Part shown: positions 1 through 15,696 of the stretch, in pieces
Numbering within the stretch: position 1 is the first letter of the stretch
Layout: each line of letters starts with the position of its first letter
NCBI RefSeq assembly: GCF_003334305.1
Contig: NZ_QOWS01000006.1
DNA length: 64,000 nucleotides
Reading direction: 5' to 3' (one strand)
Source: Escherichia coli
GTDB lineage: Bacteria > Pseudomonadota > Gammaproteobacteria > Enterobacterales > Enterobacteriaceae
Position numbers and translations under genes: made by a program
Notes under the pieces: generated by a model
Databases searched by the model: none
Told to the model about the DNA's origin: nothing
What the model saw: the letters and a program-made list of their open reading frames with translations, nothing else

Positions 1-627
1 CTCTTTCAGCGCCGCAATCGCCAGCGGGGCGCTGTTAACCAGCTGCTGCGCCAGTTCGCGGGCGTTATCCATCAGTTCCGCCTGGCTAACCACGCGGTTG
101 ACTATCCCCCAACGCAGCGCCTCTTCTGCGCCCATTCGTCTGCCGGTCATCACCATTTCATTGACGATGGCAGGCGGCAGGATCTTCGGTAGACGCAGCA
201 CGCCGCCGCTGTCAGGAACGATGCCCAGCTTGGCTTCCGGCAGGGCGAAGCTGGCGTTATCGGCACAAACAATAAAATCTGCCGCCAGCGCCAGTTCGAA
301 ACCGCCGCCAAAGGCATAGCCGTTCACAGCTGCGATAACCGGTTTGTCGAGATTGAAAATTTCGGTTAATCCCGCAAATCCACCCGGGCCAAAGTCAGCA
401 TCCGGTGCTTCGCCTTCTGCTGCCGCTTTTAAATCCCAGCCCGCGGAAAAGAACTTCTCTCCGGCACCGGTAATAATGGCGACACGTAATTGCGGATCGT
501 CACGGAAATTTAGAAATACTTCGCCCATTTCAAAGCTGGTTTTTGCATCAATAGCATTCGCTTTTGGACGATCAAGGGTAATTTCCAGAATTGATCCATT
601 GCGGGTCAGATGTAATGATTCACTCAT
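1..627 (-). CDS. caiD: carnitinyl-CoA dehydratase (crotonase family); N-terminal part only, gene runs off the window start
   Basis: Reverse-strand reading from the ATG at complement of 625-627 gives [11 protein letters not shown]...; frame stays open to position 1; sits in the canonical caiTABCD order. Confidence 0.9.
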   Translation of the reverse strand, partial: MSESLHLTRNGSILEITLDRPKANAIDAKTSFEMGEVFLNFRDDPQLRVAIITGAGEKFFSAGWDLKAAAEGEAPDADFGPGGFAGLTEIFNLDKPVIAAVNGYAFGGGFELALAADFIVCADNASFALPEAKLGIVPDSGGVLRLPKILPPAIVNEMVMTGRRMGAEEALRWGIVNRVVSQAELMDNARELAQQLVNSAPLAIAALKE

Positions 628-735
628 TCCTTTTCTCCATTTTTGCTTTTTCAGGGACGACAACATCCCTGCAAAAAATGCATATTGTTTTATAGCGTGA
701 TTATTAGCTGGCAGGGTAGTTCCCTGCTGTTTCAT

Positions 736-2304
736 TTATTTCAGATTCTTTCTAATTATTTTCCCCGAGCAATTACGTGGCAGATCTTTTCTGATCTCCA
801 GATAAGAGGGCACTTTAAATTTCGCCATATTTTGTTCGCAGAAGCGGAAAAATTCCTCTTCGCTCAATGTTTCACCTTCATTCAGCACCACAAATGCTTT
901 GATGGCTTCATCGCGAATCGAATCTTTAATACCCACAACCACGATATCCTGAATTTTTGGATGGGTGGCGATGATATTTTCCAGCTCCACGCAGGAGACA
1001 TTCTCGCCACCGCGTTTGATCATATTGCAGCGGCGATCGACGAAATAAAAAAAGCCCTCTTCGTCGCAGTATCCGGTATCGCCGGTATGTAGCCAGCCGT
1101 CGGCTTCCAGCACTTTCGCAGTGGCTTTCGGGTTGAGAAAATACTCTTTGAAGATGGTTTTCCCTGGTACGCCTTTAATACAGATTTCACCGATCTCACC
1201 TGCCGGGAGCGGGCGATTGTGATCGTCGCGGATCTCCGCTTCGTAGCAAAACCCCGCCCGACCAATCGACGGCCAGCGTCGTTTATCGCCAGGGCGATCG
1301 CCGATAATGCCCACAATGGTTTCCGTCATCCCATAAGACGTCAGCAAGCGAACGCCGAAGCGTTCACAAAACGCATCTTTTTCCTGCTCCGACAAGTTGA
1401 GATAAAACATCACTTCCCGCAGGCGGTGTTGCCGATCGTTCGCTGAAGGCGGCTGCACCATCAACGTACGGATCATCATCGGAATACATTCGGTAATGGT
1501 GGCGCGGTACTTCTGCACCTGTCCCCAGAAGGCGCGGGCGCTGTATTTCTCGACCAGCACAAAGGTGGCCCCGGCAGAAAACGCCGCCATCGCCGCAGTA
1601 CACTGGCAATCGATATGAAACGCAGGCATTACCGTCAGGTAGACGTCATCGTCACGCAGTGCACACTGCCAGGCGGAGTAATATCCAGCGAAGCGCAGGT
1701 TGTAATGGGTAATCACCACACCTTTCGGTCGGGAGGTGGTGCCGGAGGTGAAGAGAATTTCCGCCGTATCGTCAGTCGATAGCGGCGGTGCATAGCACAA
1801 GGTGGCAGGTTGTTGATTTTTCAGTTGAGTAAACGAACTCACGCCATCATCAGCGGGAAGTGCCACATCTGTCAGGCAAATGTGCCGCAATTGAGTGGCA
1901 TCTTCCTGCTGAATCTGTTGATACATAGGATAGAATTGCGCACTGGTCACCAGCAGGCACGCCTGGCTATTTTGCAGGATCCACGCGCTTTCCTCGCGTA
2001 ACAGGCGGGCGTTAATCGGCACCATAATCGCGCCAATTTTTGCCAGCCCGAACCAGCAAAAGATAAATTCCGGGCAGTTGTCGAGATGTAGTGCAACCTT
2101 GTCGCCTTTGCGAATCCCCAGCGTATAAAACAGGTTTGCCGTGCGGTTAATCTCCTGATTTAACTCAAGATAACTATACCGGTTAACGACTCCGCCGCTG
2201 GATTCACAAATCAGCGCCGTTTTATGACCGTAAACGTCCGCAAGATCGTCCCACATTTGACGTAGATGTTGTCCGCCAATGATATCCATTGCACCTCTAT
2301 CCAT
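736..2304 (-). CDS. caiC: crotonobetaine/carnitine-CoA ligase (acyl-CoA synthetase family)
   Basis: 522-aa ORF; AMP-binding signature [10 protein letters not shown]; the start as I recall it is the internal MDIIGGQHL, i.e. about 2289. Confidence 0.93.
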   Translation of the reverse strand: MDRGAMDIIGGQHLRQMWDDLADVYGHKTALICESSGGVVNRYSYLELNQEINRTANLFYTLGIRKGDKVALHLDNCPEFIFCWFGLAKIGAIMVPINARLLREESAWILQNSQACLLVTSAQFYPMYQQIQQEDATQLRHICLTDVALPADDGVSSFTQLKNQQPATLCYAPPLSTDDTAEILFTSGTTSRPKGVVITHYNLRFAGYYSAWQCALRDDDVYLTVMPAFHIDCQCTAAMAAFSAGATFVLVEKYSARAFWGQVQKYRATITECIPMMIRTLMVQPPSANDRQHRLREVMFYLNLSEQEKDAFCERFGVRLLTSYGMTETIVGIIGDRPGDKRRWPSIGRAGFCYEAEIRDDHNRPLPAGEIGEICIKGVPGKTIFKEYFLNPKATAKVLEADGWLHTGDTGYCDEEGFFYFVDRRCNMIKRGGENVSCVELENIIATHPKIQDIVVVGIKDSIRDEAIKAFVVLNEGETLSEEEFFRFCEQNMAKFKVPSYLEIRKDLPRNCSGKIIRKNLK

Positions 2305-2362
2305 TTTTGTTCGTTTGTTATTGGGCGGGCGCTAGTCAGGCAAGCCGACTGACGCCACGCGT

Positions 2363-3598
<1,236 letters not shown>

Positions 3599-3614
3599 TT
3601 ATGTAGCGCATGAC

Positions 3615-3699
3615 TGCCGGATGCGGCGTAAACGCTTTATCCGGCCTACATTCGTGCTCCCGTAGGCCTGATAAGACGCATTAGCGTCGCATCAGGCAG
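3615..3699. repeat. REP (repetitive extragenic palindrome) pair in the caiB-caiA spacer
   Basis: GCCGGATGCGGCGTAAACGCTTTATCCGGCCTACA and GTAGGCCTGATAAGACGCATTAGCGTCGCATCAGGC in inverted orientation. Confidence 0.85.
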
Positions 3700-3708
3700 C
3701 GCACGGAC

Positions 3709-4851
3709 TTAGCGGTATTGCTTCAGCACCGCGCGACCCAGCGTCAGGATCTGCATTTCGTCAGATCCCCCGGAGACGCGGTCTACACGCAGATCACGCC
3801 AGAAGCGGCTGATGCGGTGGTTGCCCGCAATCCCGACACCGCCCAGCACCTGCATTGCGCTATCCACCACTTCAAATGCCGCATTGGCGCAGAAGTATTT
3901 GCACATCGCTGCATCGCCAGAGGTGATGGTGCCGTTGTCTGCTTTCCACGCTGCTTCATACAGCATGTTTTTCATGGAGTTTAATTTGATCGCCATGTGG
4001 GCGAATTTTTCCTGAATCAACTGGAAACGACCAATAGCCTCGCCAAACTGCACGCGCTGGTTGGCGTAGCGCGCCGCATCTTCAAAGGCGCACATCGCCG
4101 TACCGTAGTTGGTGAGGGCTACCAGGAAACGTTCATGATCGAACTCTTCTTTGACGCGGTTAAAGCCGTTACCTTCCCGACCGAACATGTCTTTCTCGTC
4201 CAGTTCCACGTCGTCAAAGGTGATTTCACAGCAGCTATCCATACGCAGACCGAGCTTTTCAAGTTTGGTCACTTTGATGCCCGGTTTGCTCATATCAACA
4301 AACCATTCGGTGTAGACAGGTTTGTCCGGAGAAGCCCCGTCGCGCGCCATCACCACGATGTACGGGGTGTAGGCGCTGCTGGTAATAAAACACTTACTAC
4401 CATTAAGATAAATCTTACCATTTCTACGGGTATAAGTCGTTTTCAGGCTACCCACGTCGGAGCCCGCGCCCGGTTCGGTAATCGCTGAGTTCCACATCTG
4501 CTTACCGGTGCCGCGGAAAGCCATAATCTTGTCGATCTGCTCTTGTGTGCCTTCGCGCAGGAAGGTGTTGAACCCGCCCGGCAACTGGTACAGCACATAG
4601 GTTGGTGCCCCCAGACGTCCCAGCTCCATCCACACGGCGGCGAGAGTAACAAACCCCGCGTCCAGACCACCGTGCTCTTCAGGGATCAGCAGACTGTCGA
4701 TACCCATATCCGCCAGTGCTTTGACAAAACGTTCCGGGTAGACGCTGTCACGGTCGCACTCGGCAAAATAGGCCTCCCAGTTTTCGCTGGCCATCAGTTC
4801 GCGGATACCGGCGACAAACAGTTCCTGCTCATCATTTAAATTAAAATCCAT
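3709..4851 (-). CDS. caiA: crotonobetainyl-CoA dehydrogenase/reductase (acyl-CoA dehydrogenase family)
   Basis: 380-aa [22 protein letters not shown]...; acyl-CoA dehydrogenase-like. Confidence 0.95.
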
Positions 4852-4881
4852 CTTTCAACCTCTTGATATTTTGGGGGTTAA

Positions 4882-6399
<1,518 letters not shown>

Positions 6400-6535
6400 T
6401 TAATTCCACTGTGAAAACGAATATTTATTTTGCGTTCCCGTTTGTTTTATTTTTGTTAACATTTAATATAATTATTATTAACCTCGTGGACGCGTTAATG
6501 GCTAACTCATAATGGGTATTCAATAAGCTGCATTC

Positions 6536-6551
6536 TGTGATTGTTATCACA
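6536..6551. promoter_or_regulatory. CRP (cAMP receptor protein) site, perfect consensus palindrome TGTGATTGTTATCACA
   Basis: Exact TGTGA-N6-TCACA seen in sequence within the cai/fix intergenic region. Confidence 0.7.
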
Positions 6552-6592
6552 TTTTTGTTTCGGGTGAATAGAGGGCGCTTTTCTCGTTAATT

Positions 6593-6607
6593 TTGATTAT
6601 TAATCAG
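6593..6607. promoter_or_regulatory. possible FNR/CRP-family half-site pair TTGATTATTAATCAG (imperfect)
   Basis: Resembles TTGAT-N4-ATCAA with a shifted or imperfect right half; cai/fix are anaerobically induced. Confidence 0.3.
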
Positions 6608-6647
6608 TTTGTTATGTTGTGTTGTGAGTAAAAAAATAGCATCTGAC

Positions 6648-6778
6648 TTTCAATATTGGTGATCCATAAAGCAATATTGAAAATTTCTTTTTGCTACGCC
6701 ATGTTTTCAATATTGGTGAGGAACTTAACAATATTGAAAGTTGGATTTATCTGCGTGTGACATTTTCAATATTGGTGA
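6648..6778. promoter_or_regulatory. CaiF-type activator sites: three copies of TTTCAATATTGGTGA, two of them paired with CAATATTGAAA after a 13-bp spacer
   Basis: Copies at 6648-6662, 6705-6719 and 6764-6778; partners at 6672-6682 and 6729-6739; the core CAATATTG is itself a palindrome; lies in the divergent caiT-fixA control region. Confidence 0.7.
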
Positions 6779-6869
6779 TTAAAGTTTTATTTCCAAATTA
6801 AAGGGCGTGATATCTGTAATTAACACCACCGATATGAACGACGTTTCCTTCATGATTTCTGGAGATGCA

Positions 6870-7640
6870 ATGAAGATTATTACTTGCTATAAGTGCGTGC
6901 CTGATGAACAGGATATTGCGGTCAATAATGCTGATGGTTCATTAGACTTCAGCAAAGCCGATGCCAAAATAAGCCAATACGATCTGAACGCTATTGAAGC
7001 GGCTTGCCAGCTAAAGCAACAGGCAGCAGAGGCGCAGGTGACGGCCTTAAGTGTGGGCGGTAAAGCCCTGACCAACGCCAAAGGGCGTAAAGATGTGCTA
7101 TCGCGCGGCCCGGATGAACTGATTGTGGTGATTGATGACCAGTTCGAGCAGGCACTGCCGCAACAAACGGCGAGCGCACTGGCTGCAGCCGCCCAGAAAG
7201 CAGGCTTTGATTTGATCCTCTGTGGCGATGGTTCTTCCGACCTTTATGCCCAGCAGGTTGGTCTGCTGGTGGGTGAAATCCTCAATATTCCGGCAGTTAA
7301 CGGCGTCAGCAAAATTATCTCCCTGACGGCAGATACCCTCACCGTTGAGCGCGAACTGGAAGATGAAACCGAAACCTTAAGCATTCCGCTGCCTGCGGTT
7401 GTTGCTGTTTCCACTGATATCAACTCCCCACAAATTCCTTCGATGAAAGCCATTCTCGGCGCGGCGAAAAAGCCAGTCCAGGTATGGTCGGCGGCGGATA
7501 TCGGTTTTAACGCCGTGGACGCCTGGTCTGAACAACAGGTTGCTGCGCCGAAACAGCGCGAACGTCAGCGCATCGTGATTGAAGGCGACGGCGAAGAACA
7601 GATCGCCGCATTTGCTGAAAATCTTCGCAAAGTCATTTAA
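6870..7640 (+). CDS. fixA: electron-transfer flavoprotein beta-subunit homologue (carnitine reduction)
   Basis: Track ORF 6807-7640 is 5'-extended; the ATG at 6870 ([14 protein letters not shown]) is preceded by GGAGAT and matches the FixA N-terminus. Confidence 0.9.
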
Positions 7641-7654
7641 TTACAGGGGATGCT

Positions 7655-8596
7655 ATGAACACGTTTTCTCAAGTCTGGGTATTCAGCGATACCCCTTCTC
7701 GTCTGCCGGAACTGATGAACGGTGCGCAGGCTTTAGCTAATCAAATCAACACCTTTGTCCTCAATGATGCCGACGGCGTACAGGCAATCCAGCTCGGCGC
7801 TAATCATGTCTGGAAATTAAACGGCAAACCGGACGATCGGATGATCGAAGATTACGCCGGTGTCATGGCTGACACTATTCGCCAGCACGGCGCAGACGGC
7901 CTGGTGCTGCTGCCAAACACCCGTCGCGGCAAATTACTGGCGGCAAAACTGGGTTATCGCCTTAAAGCGGCGGTGTCTAACGATGCCAGCACCGTCAGCG
8001 TACAGGACGGTAAAGCGACAGTGAAACACATGGTTTACGGTGGTCTGGCGATTGGCGAAGAACGCATTGCCACGCCGTATGCGGTACTGACCATCAGCAG
8101 CGGCACGTTCGATGCGGCTCAGCCAGACGCGTCACGCACTGGCGAAACGCACACCGTGGAGTGGCAGGCTCCGGCTGTGGCGATTACCCGCACGGCAACC
8201 CAGGCGCGCCAGAGCAACAGCGTCGATCTCGACAAAGCCCGTCTGGTGGTCAGCGTCGGTCGCGGTATTGGCAGCAAAGAGAACATTGCGCTGGCAGAAC
8301 AGCTTTGCAAGGCGATAGGTGCGGAGTTGGCCTGTTCTCGTCCGGTGGCGGAAAACGAAAAATGGATGGAGCACGAACGCTATGTCGGTATCTCCAACCT
8401 GATGCTGAAACCTGAACTGTACCTGGCGGTGGGGATCTCCGGGCAGATCCAGCACATGGTTGGTGCTAATGCATCGCAAACCATTTTCGCCATCAACAAA
8501 GATAAAAATGCGCCGATCTTCCAGTACGCGGATTACGGCATTGTTGGCGACGCCGTGAAGATCCTTCCGGCGCTGACCGCAGCTTTAGCGCGTTGA
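7655..8596 (+). CDS. fixB: electron-transfer flavoprotein alpha-subunit homologue
   Basis: 313-aa [23 protein letters not shown]...; 14 bp after fixA. Confidence 0.93.
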   Translation: MNTFSQVWVFSDTPSRLPELMNGAQALANQINTFVLNDADGVQAIQLGANHVWKLNGKPDDRMIEDYAGVMADTIRQHGADGLVLLPNTRRGKLLAAKLGYRLKAAVSNDASTVSVQDGKATVKHMVYGGLAIGEERIATPYAVLTISSGTFDAAQPDASRTGETHTVEWQAPAVAITRTATQARQSNSVDLDKARLVVSVGRGIGSKENIALAEQLCKAIGAELACSRPVAENEKWMEHERYVGISNLMLKPELYLAVGISGQIQHMVGANASQTIFAINKDKNAPIFQYADYGIVGDAVKILPALTAALAR

Positions 8597-8646
8597 TCCA
8601 CTCTGGCAGGGCTGCATTTTGGCCCTGCCGCTGACAGGGAGCTCTT

Positions 8647-9933
8647 ATGTCCGAAGATATCTTTGACGCCATCATCGTCGGTGCAGGGCTTGCCGGTTCG
8701 GTTGCCGCACTGGTGCTCGCCCGCGAAGGTGCGCAAGTGTTAGTTATCGAGCGTGGCAATTCCGCAGGTGCCAAGAACGTCACCGGCGGGCGTCTCTATG
8801 CCCACAGTCTGGAACACATTATTCCTGGTTTCGCCGACTCCGCCCCCGTAGAACGCCTGATCACCCATGAAAAACTCGCGTTTATGACGGAAAAGTCAGC
8901 GATGACTATGGACTACTGCAACGGTGACGAAACCTCGCCATCCCAGCGTTCTTACTCCGTTTTGCGCAGTAAATTTGATGCCTGGTTGATGGAGCAGGCC
9001 GAAGAAGCGGGCGCGCAGTTAATTACCGGGATTCGTGTCGATAACCTCGTACAGCGCGATGGCAAAGTCGTCGGTGTAGAAGCCGATGGCGATGTGATTG
9101 AAGCGAAAACGGTGATCCTTGCTGACGGGGTGAATTCCATCCTTGCCGAAAAGTTGGGGATGGCAAAACGCGTTAAACCGACGGATGTGGCGGTTGGCGT
9201 GAAGGAACTGATCGAGTTACCGAAGTCGGTAATCGAAGACCGTTTTCAGTTGCAGGGTAATCAGGGCGCGGCTTGTCTGTTTGCGGGATCACCCACCGAT
9301 GGCCTGATGGGCGGCGGCTTCCTTTATACCAATGAAAATACCCTGTCGCTGGGGCTGGTTTGTGGTCTGCATCATCTGCATGACGCAAAAAAATCGGTGC
9401 CGCAAATGCTGGAAGATTTCAAACAACATCCGGCCGTTGCACCGCTGATCGCGGGTGGCAAGCTGGTGGAATATTCCGCTCACGTAGTGCCGGAAGCAGG
9501 CATCAACATGCTGCCGGAGCTGGTCGGTGACGGCGTATTGATTGCCGGCGATGCCGCCGGAATGTGTATGAACCTCGGTTTTACCATTCGCGGTATGGAT
9601 CTGGCGATTGCCGCCGGGGAAGCTGCAGCAAAAACCGTGCTTTCAGCGATGAAAAGCGACGATTTCAGTAAGCAAAAACTGGCGGAATATCGTCAGCATC
9701 TTGAGAGTGGCCCGCTGCGCGATATGCGCATGTACCAGAAACTACCGGCGTTCCTTGATAACCCACGCATGTTCAGCGGCTACCCGGAGCTGGCGGTGGG
9801 CGTGGCGCGTGACCTGTTCACCATTGACGGCAGTGCGCCAGAACTGATGCGCAAGAAAATCCTCCGCCACGGTAAGAAAGTGGGCTTCATCAATCTAATC
9901 AAGGATGGCATGAAAGGAGTGACCGTTTTATGA
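8647..9933 (+). CDS. fixC: FAD-dependent oxidoreductase (ETF-quinone oxidoreductase-like)
   Basis: 428-aa ORF with N-terminal dinucleotide-binding motif DAIIVGAGLAGS. Confidence 0.93.
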   Translation: MSEDIFDAIIVGAGLAGSVAALVLAREGAQVLVIERGNSAGAKNVTGGRLYAHSLEHIIPGFADSAPVERLITHEKLAFMTEKSAMTMDYCNGDETSPSQRSYSVLRSKFDAWLMEQAEEAGAQLITGIRVDNLVQRDGKVVGVEADGDVIEAKTVILADGVNSILAEKLGMAKRVKPTDVAVGVKELIELPKSVIEDRFQLQGNQGAACLFAGSPTDGLMGGGFLYTNENTLSLGLVCGLHHLHDAKKSVPQMLEDFKQHPAVAPLIAGGKLVEYSAHVVPEAGINMLPELVGDGVLIAGDAAGMCMNLGFTIRGMDLAIAAGEAAAKTVLSAMKSDDFSKQKLAEYRQHLESGPLRDMRMYQKLPAFLDNPRMFSGYPELAVGVARDLFTIDGSAPELMRKKILRHGKKVGFINLIKDGMKGVTVL

Positions 9934-10217
9934 CTTCTCCCGTCAATGTGGACGTCAAACTGGGCGTCAATAAATTCAATGTCGATGAAGAGCATCCGCA
10001 CATTGTTGTGAAGGCCGATGCTGATAAACAGGTGCTGGAGCTGCTGGTGAAAGCGTGCCCCGCAGGTCTGTACAAGAAGCAGGATGACGGCAGTGTGCGC
10101 TTCGATTACGCCGGATGTCTGGAGTGCGGCACCTGTCGCATTCTGGGGCTGGGGTCGGCGCTGGAACAGTGGGAATACCCGCGCGGCACCTTTGGTGTGG
10201 AGTTCCGTTACGGCTGA
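9930..10217 (+). CDS. fixX: ferredoxin-like protein
   Basis: 95-aa ORF with a Cys cluster (CLECGTC); start overlaps the fixC stop by 4 nt (ATGA). Confidence 0.9.
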   Translation: MTSPVNVDVKLGVNKFNVDEEHPHIVVKADADKQVLELLVKACPAGLYKKQDDGSVRFDYAGCLECGTCRILGLGSALEQWEYPRGTFGVEFRYG

Positions 10218-10274
10218 TGTTGGTTTGATACGTAACGCCGCACTGACTCTCATTGCAAAAAACAGGAATAACCC

Positions 10275-11606
10275 ATGCAACCGTCCAGAAACTTTGACGA
10301 TCTCAAATTCTCCTCTATTCACCGCCGCATTTTGCTGTGGGGAAGTGGTGGTCCGTTTCTGGATGGTTATGTACTGGTAATGATTGGCGTGGCGCTGGAG
10401 CAACTGACTCCGGCGCTGAAACTGGACGCTGACTGGATTGGCTTGCTGGGTGCGGGAACGCTCGCCGGGCTGTTCGTTGGCACATCGCTGTTTGGCTATA
10501 TCTCCGATAAAGTCGGACGGCGCAAAATGTTCCTCATTGATATCATCGCCATCGGCGTGATATCGGTGGCGACGATGTTTGTCTCATCCCCTGTCGAACT
10601 GTTGGTGATGCGGGTACTTATCGGCATTGTCATCGGTGCAGATTATCCCATCGCCACCTCAATGATCACCGAGTTCTCCAGTACCCGTCAGCGGGCGTTT
10701 TCCATCAGCTTTATCGCCGCCATGTGGTATGTCGGCGCGACCTGCGCCGATCTGGTCGGCTACTGGCTTTATGATGTGGAAGGCGGCTGGCGCTGGATGC
10801 TGGGTAGCGCGGCGATCCCCTGTTTGTTGATTTTGATTGGTCGATTCGAACTGCCTGAATCTCCCCGCTGGTTATTACGCAAAGGGCGAGTAAAAGAGTG
10901 CGAAGAGATGATGATAAAACTGTTTGGCGAACCGGTGGCTTTCGATGAAGAGCAGCCGCAGCAAACCCGTTTTCGCGATCTGTTTAATCGCCGCCATTTT
11001 CCTTTTGTTCTGTTTGTTGCCGCCATCTGGACCTGCCAGGTGATCCCAATGTTCGCCATTTACACCTTTGGCCCGCAAATCGTTGGTTTGTTGGGATTGG
11101 GGGTTGGCAAAAACGCGGCACTGGGGAACGTGGTGATTAGCCTGTTCTTTATGCTCGGCTGTATTCCGCCGATGCTGTGGCTAAACACTGCCGGACGGCG
11201 TCCATTGTTGATTGGCAGCTTTGCCATGATGACGCTGGCGCTGGCGGTTTTGGGGCTGATCCCGGATATGGGGATCTGGCTGGTAGTGATGGCCTTTGCG
11301 GTGTATGCCTTTTTCTCTGGCGGGCCGGGTAATTTGCAGTGGCTCTATCCTAATGAACTCTTCCCGACAGATATCCGCGCCTCTGCCGTGGGCGTGATTA
11401 TGTCCTTAAGCCGTATTGGCACCATTGTTTCGACCTGGGCACTGCCGATCTTTATCAATAATTACGGTATCAGTAACACGATGCTAATGGGGGCGGGTAT
11501 CTCGCTGTTTGGCTTGTTGATTTCCGTAGCGTTTGCCCCGGAGACTCGAGGGATGTCACTGGCGCAAACCAGCAATATGACGATCCGCGGGCAGAGAATG
11601 GGGTAA
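10275..11606 (+). CDS. yaaU: putative MFS-family transporter
   Basis: 443-aa multi-span membrane ORF at the yaaU position after fixX. Confidence 0.85.
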   Translation: MQPSRNFDDLKFSSIHRRILLWGSGGPFLDGYVLVMIGVALEQLTPALKLDADWIGLLGAGTLAGLFVGTSLFGYISDKVGRRKMFLIDIIAIGVISVATMFVSSPVELLVMRVLIGIVIGADYPIATSMITEFSSTRQRAFSISFIAAMWYVGATCADLVGYWLYDVEGGWRWMLGSAAIPCLLILIGRFELPESPRWLLRKGRVKECEEMMIKLFGEPVAFDEEQPQQTRFRDLFNRRHFPFVLFVAAIWTCQVIPMFAIYTFGPQIVGLLGLGVGKNAALGNVVISLFFMLGCIPPMLWLNTAGRRPLLIGSFAMMTLALAVLGLIPDMGIWLVVMAFAVYAFFSGGPGNLQWLYPNELFPTDIRASAVGVIMSLSRIGTIVSTWALPIFINNYGISNTMLMGAGISLFGLLISVAFAPETRGMSLAQTSNMTIRGQRMG

Positions 11607-11713
11607 ATTGTTCAGATTTCTCTCTTTTCTGAATCAATATTATTGACTATAAGCCGCGTGAATATATGACTACACTTTGTGGGAAAACAAAGGCGTAATC
11701 ACGCGGGCTACCT

Positions 11714-12236
11714 ATGATTCTTATAATTTATGCGCATCCGTATCCGCATCATTCCCATGCGAATAAACGGATGCTTGAACAGGCAAGGACGCTGGAAGGC
11801 GTCGAAATTCGCTCTCTTTATCAACTCTATCCTGACTTCAATATCGATATTGCCGCCGAGCAGGAGGCGCTGTCTCGCGCCGATCTGATCGTCTGGCAGC
11901 ACCCGATGCAGTGGTACAGCATTCCACCGCTCCTCAAACTTTGGATCGATAAAGTTTTCTCGCACGGCTGGGCTTACGGTCACGGCGGCACGGCGCTGCA
12001 TGGCAAACATTTGCTGTGGGCGGTGACGACCGGCGGCGGGGAAAGCCATTTTGAAATTGGTGCGCATCCGGGCTTTGATGTGCTGTCGCAGCCGCTACAG
12101 GCGACGGCAATCTACTGCGGGCTGAACTGGCTGCCACCGTTTGCCATGCACTGCACCTTTATTTGTGACGACGAAACCCTCGAAGGGCAGGCGCGTCACT
12201 ATAAGCAACGTCTGCTGGAATGGCAGGAGGCCCATC

Positions 12237-12244
<8 letters not shown>
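11714..12244 (+). CDS. kefF: flavodoxin-like quinone oxidoreductase, regulatory subunit of the KefC K+ efflux system
   Basis: 176-aa [26 protein letters not shown]...; its TAG stop overlaps the kefC start. Confidence 0.9.
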
Positions 12245-14770
<2,526 letters not shown>

Positions 14771-14792
14771 TTTTGTATAGAATTTACGGCTA

Positions 14793-14828
14793 GTGCCGGA
14801 TGCGACGCCGGTCGCGTCTTATCCGGCC
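14793..14828. repeat. single REP element between the convergent folA and apaH
   Basis: GTGCCGGATGCGACGCCGGTCGCGTCTTATCCGGCC. Confidence 0.8.
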
Positions 14829-14847
14829 TTCCTATATCAGGCTGTGT

Positions 14848-15690
14848 TTAAGACGCCGCCGCTTCGCCCAAATCCTTATGCCGGTTCGACGGCTGGACAA
14901 AATACTGCTTATCTTCCCAGCGCAGGCAGGTTAATGACCCACCCCAGCAGCAGCCGGTATCCAGCGCGTAAATACCTTCCGGCGTACCTTTGCCTTCCAG
15001 CGATGCCCAGTGACCAAAGGCGATGCTGTATTCTTCAGCGACAGGGCCAGGAATCGCAAACCACGGTTTCAGTGGGGCAGGGGCTTCTTCCGGCGATTCT
15101 TTGCTGTACATATCCAGTTGACCGTTTGGAAAGCAAAAACGCATACGGGTAAAGGCGTTGGTGATAAAACGCAGTCTTCCCAGCCCCCGCAATTCCGGTG
15201 ACCAGTTATTTGGCATATCGCCGTACATAGCGTCGAGAAAGAAGGGATAGGAGTCACTCGATAGCACCGCTTCTACATCGCGCGCGCACTCTTTGGCGGT
15301 CTGTAGATCCCACTGCGGCGTGATCCCTGCGTGGGCCATCACCAACTTTTTCTCTTCGTCGATTTGCAGCAAAGGCTGGCGACGCAGCCAGTTAAGCAGC
15401 TCGTCGGCATCCGGCGCTTCCAGCAGCGGTGTCAGGCGATCTTTCGGTTTATTGCGGCTGATCCCGGCAAATACCGCCAGCAGATGCAGATCGTGATTGC
15501 CCAGCACCAGACGTACGCTGTCGCCTAAGGATTTCACATAGCGCAGAACATCCAGCGAACCCGGCCCGCGCGCGACCAGATCGCCCGTCAGCCAGAGGGT
15601 ATCTTTCCCAGGGGTAAATTCTACTTTATGCAGCAATGCGATCAGTTCATCGTAACAACCATGAACGTCGCCAATAAGGTATGTCGCCAT
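14848..15690 (-). CDS. apaH: bis(5'-nucleosyl)-tetraphosphatase (symmetrical), Ap4A hydrolase
   Basis: 280-aa [19 protein letters not shown]... with metallophosphatase motifs GDVHG and GNHD. Confidence 0.95.
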   Translation of the reverse strand: MATYLIGDVHGCYDELIALLHKVEFTPGKDTLWLTGDLVARGPGSLDVLRYVKSLGDSVRLVLGNHDLHLLAVFAGISRNKPKDRLTPLLEAPDADELLNWLRRQPLLQIDEEKKLVMAHAGITPQWDLQTAKECARDVEAVLSSDSYPFFLDAMYGDMPNNWSPELRGLGRLRFITNAFTRMRFCFPNGQLDMYSKESPEEAPAPLKPWFAIPGPVAEEYSIAFGHWASLEGKGTPEGIYALDTGCCWGGSLTCLRWEDKQYFVQPSNRHKDLGEAAAS

Positions 15691-15696
15691 ATTCTT

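Noticed and set aside
711-727. Small hairpin GCAGGGtagttCCCTGC in the caiC-caiD spacer
   Set aside because: Short stem, with a T-rich tail only on the strand opposite to transcription; it is intra-operonic and probably not a terminator.
3997-4488. 163-aa plus-strand ORF antisense to caiA, and similar long antisense ORFs (20783-21430 opposite lptD, 25040-25657 opposite rapA, 30450-31157 opposite araA, 31498-32256 opposite araB, 37191-37829 opposite thiP/thiB, 38686-39246 opposite sgrR, 59152-59667 opposite mraY, 60059-60577 opposite murD)
   Set aside because: Each lies wholly inside a well-supported gene on the opposite strand and has low-complexity, Arg/Ala/Gly-rich composition typical of shadow ORFs. 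None has a convincing RBS or a recognisable domain signature.
6640-6780. Repeated 15-bp motif with intervening unique sequence in the caiT-fixA spacer, superficially CRISPR-like
   Set aside because: Only three copies, with partner half-sites in inverted orientation, irregular 57-59 bp periodicity, and no cas genes or leader. The architecture is that of transcription-factor (CaiF) binding sites.
6807-6869. 5'-extended track ORFs (fixA from 6807, kefC from 12141, folA from 14156, apaG to 16128, djlA from 21787, rluA to 23480, araD to 29657, araA to 31322, araC from 33297, thiQ to 35909, sgrR to 40281, leuO from 47152, ilvI from 48507, ilvH from 50288, mraZ from 52559, rsmH from 52926)
   Set aside because: The extensions run into promoter or leader DNA or into the upstream gene. 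The internal ATG/GTG matching the known protein N-terminus is preferred in every case.
9780-10403. 207-aa minus-strand ORF spanning the fixX-yaaU junction
   Set aside because: It is antisense to two plus-strand genes that fit conserved synteny, and shows no RBS and no recognisable motif.
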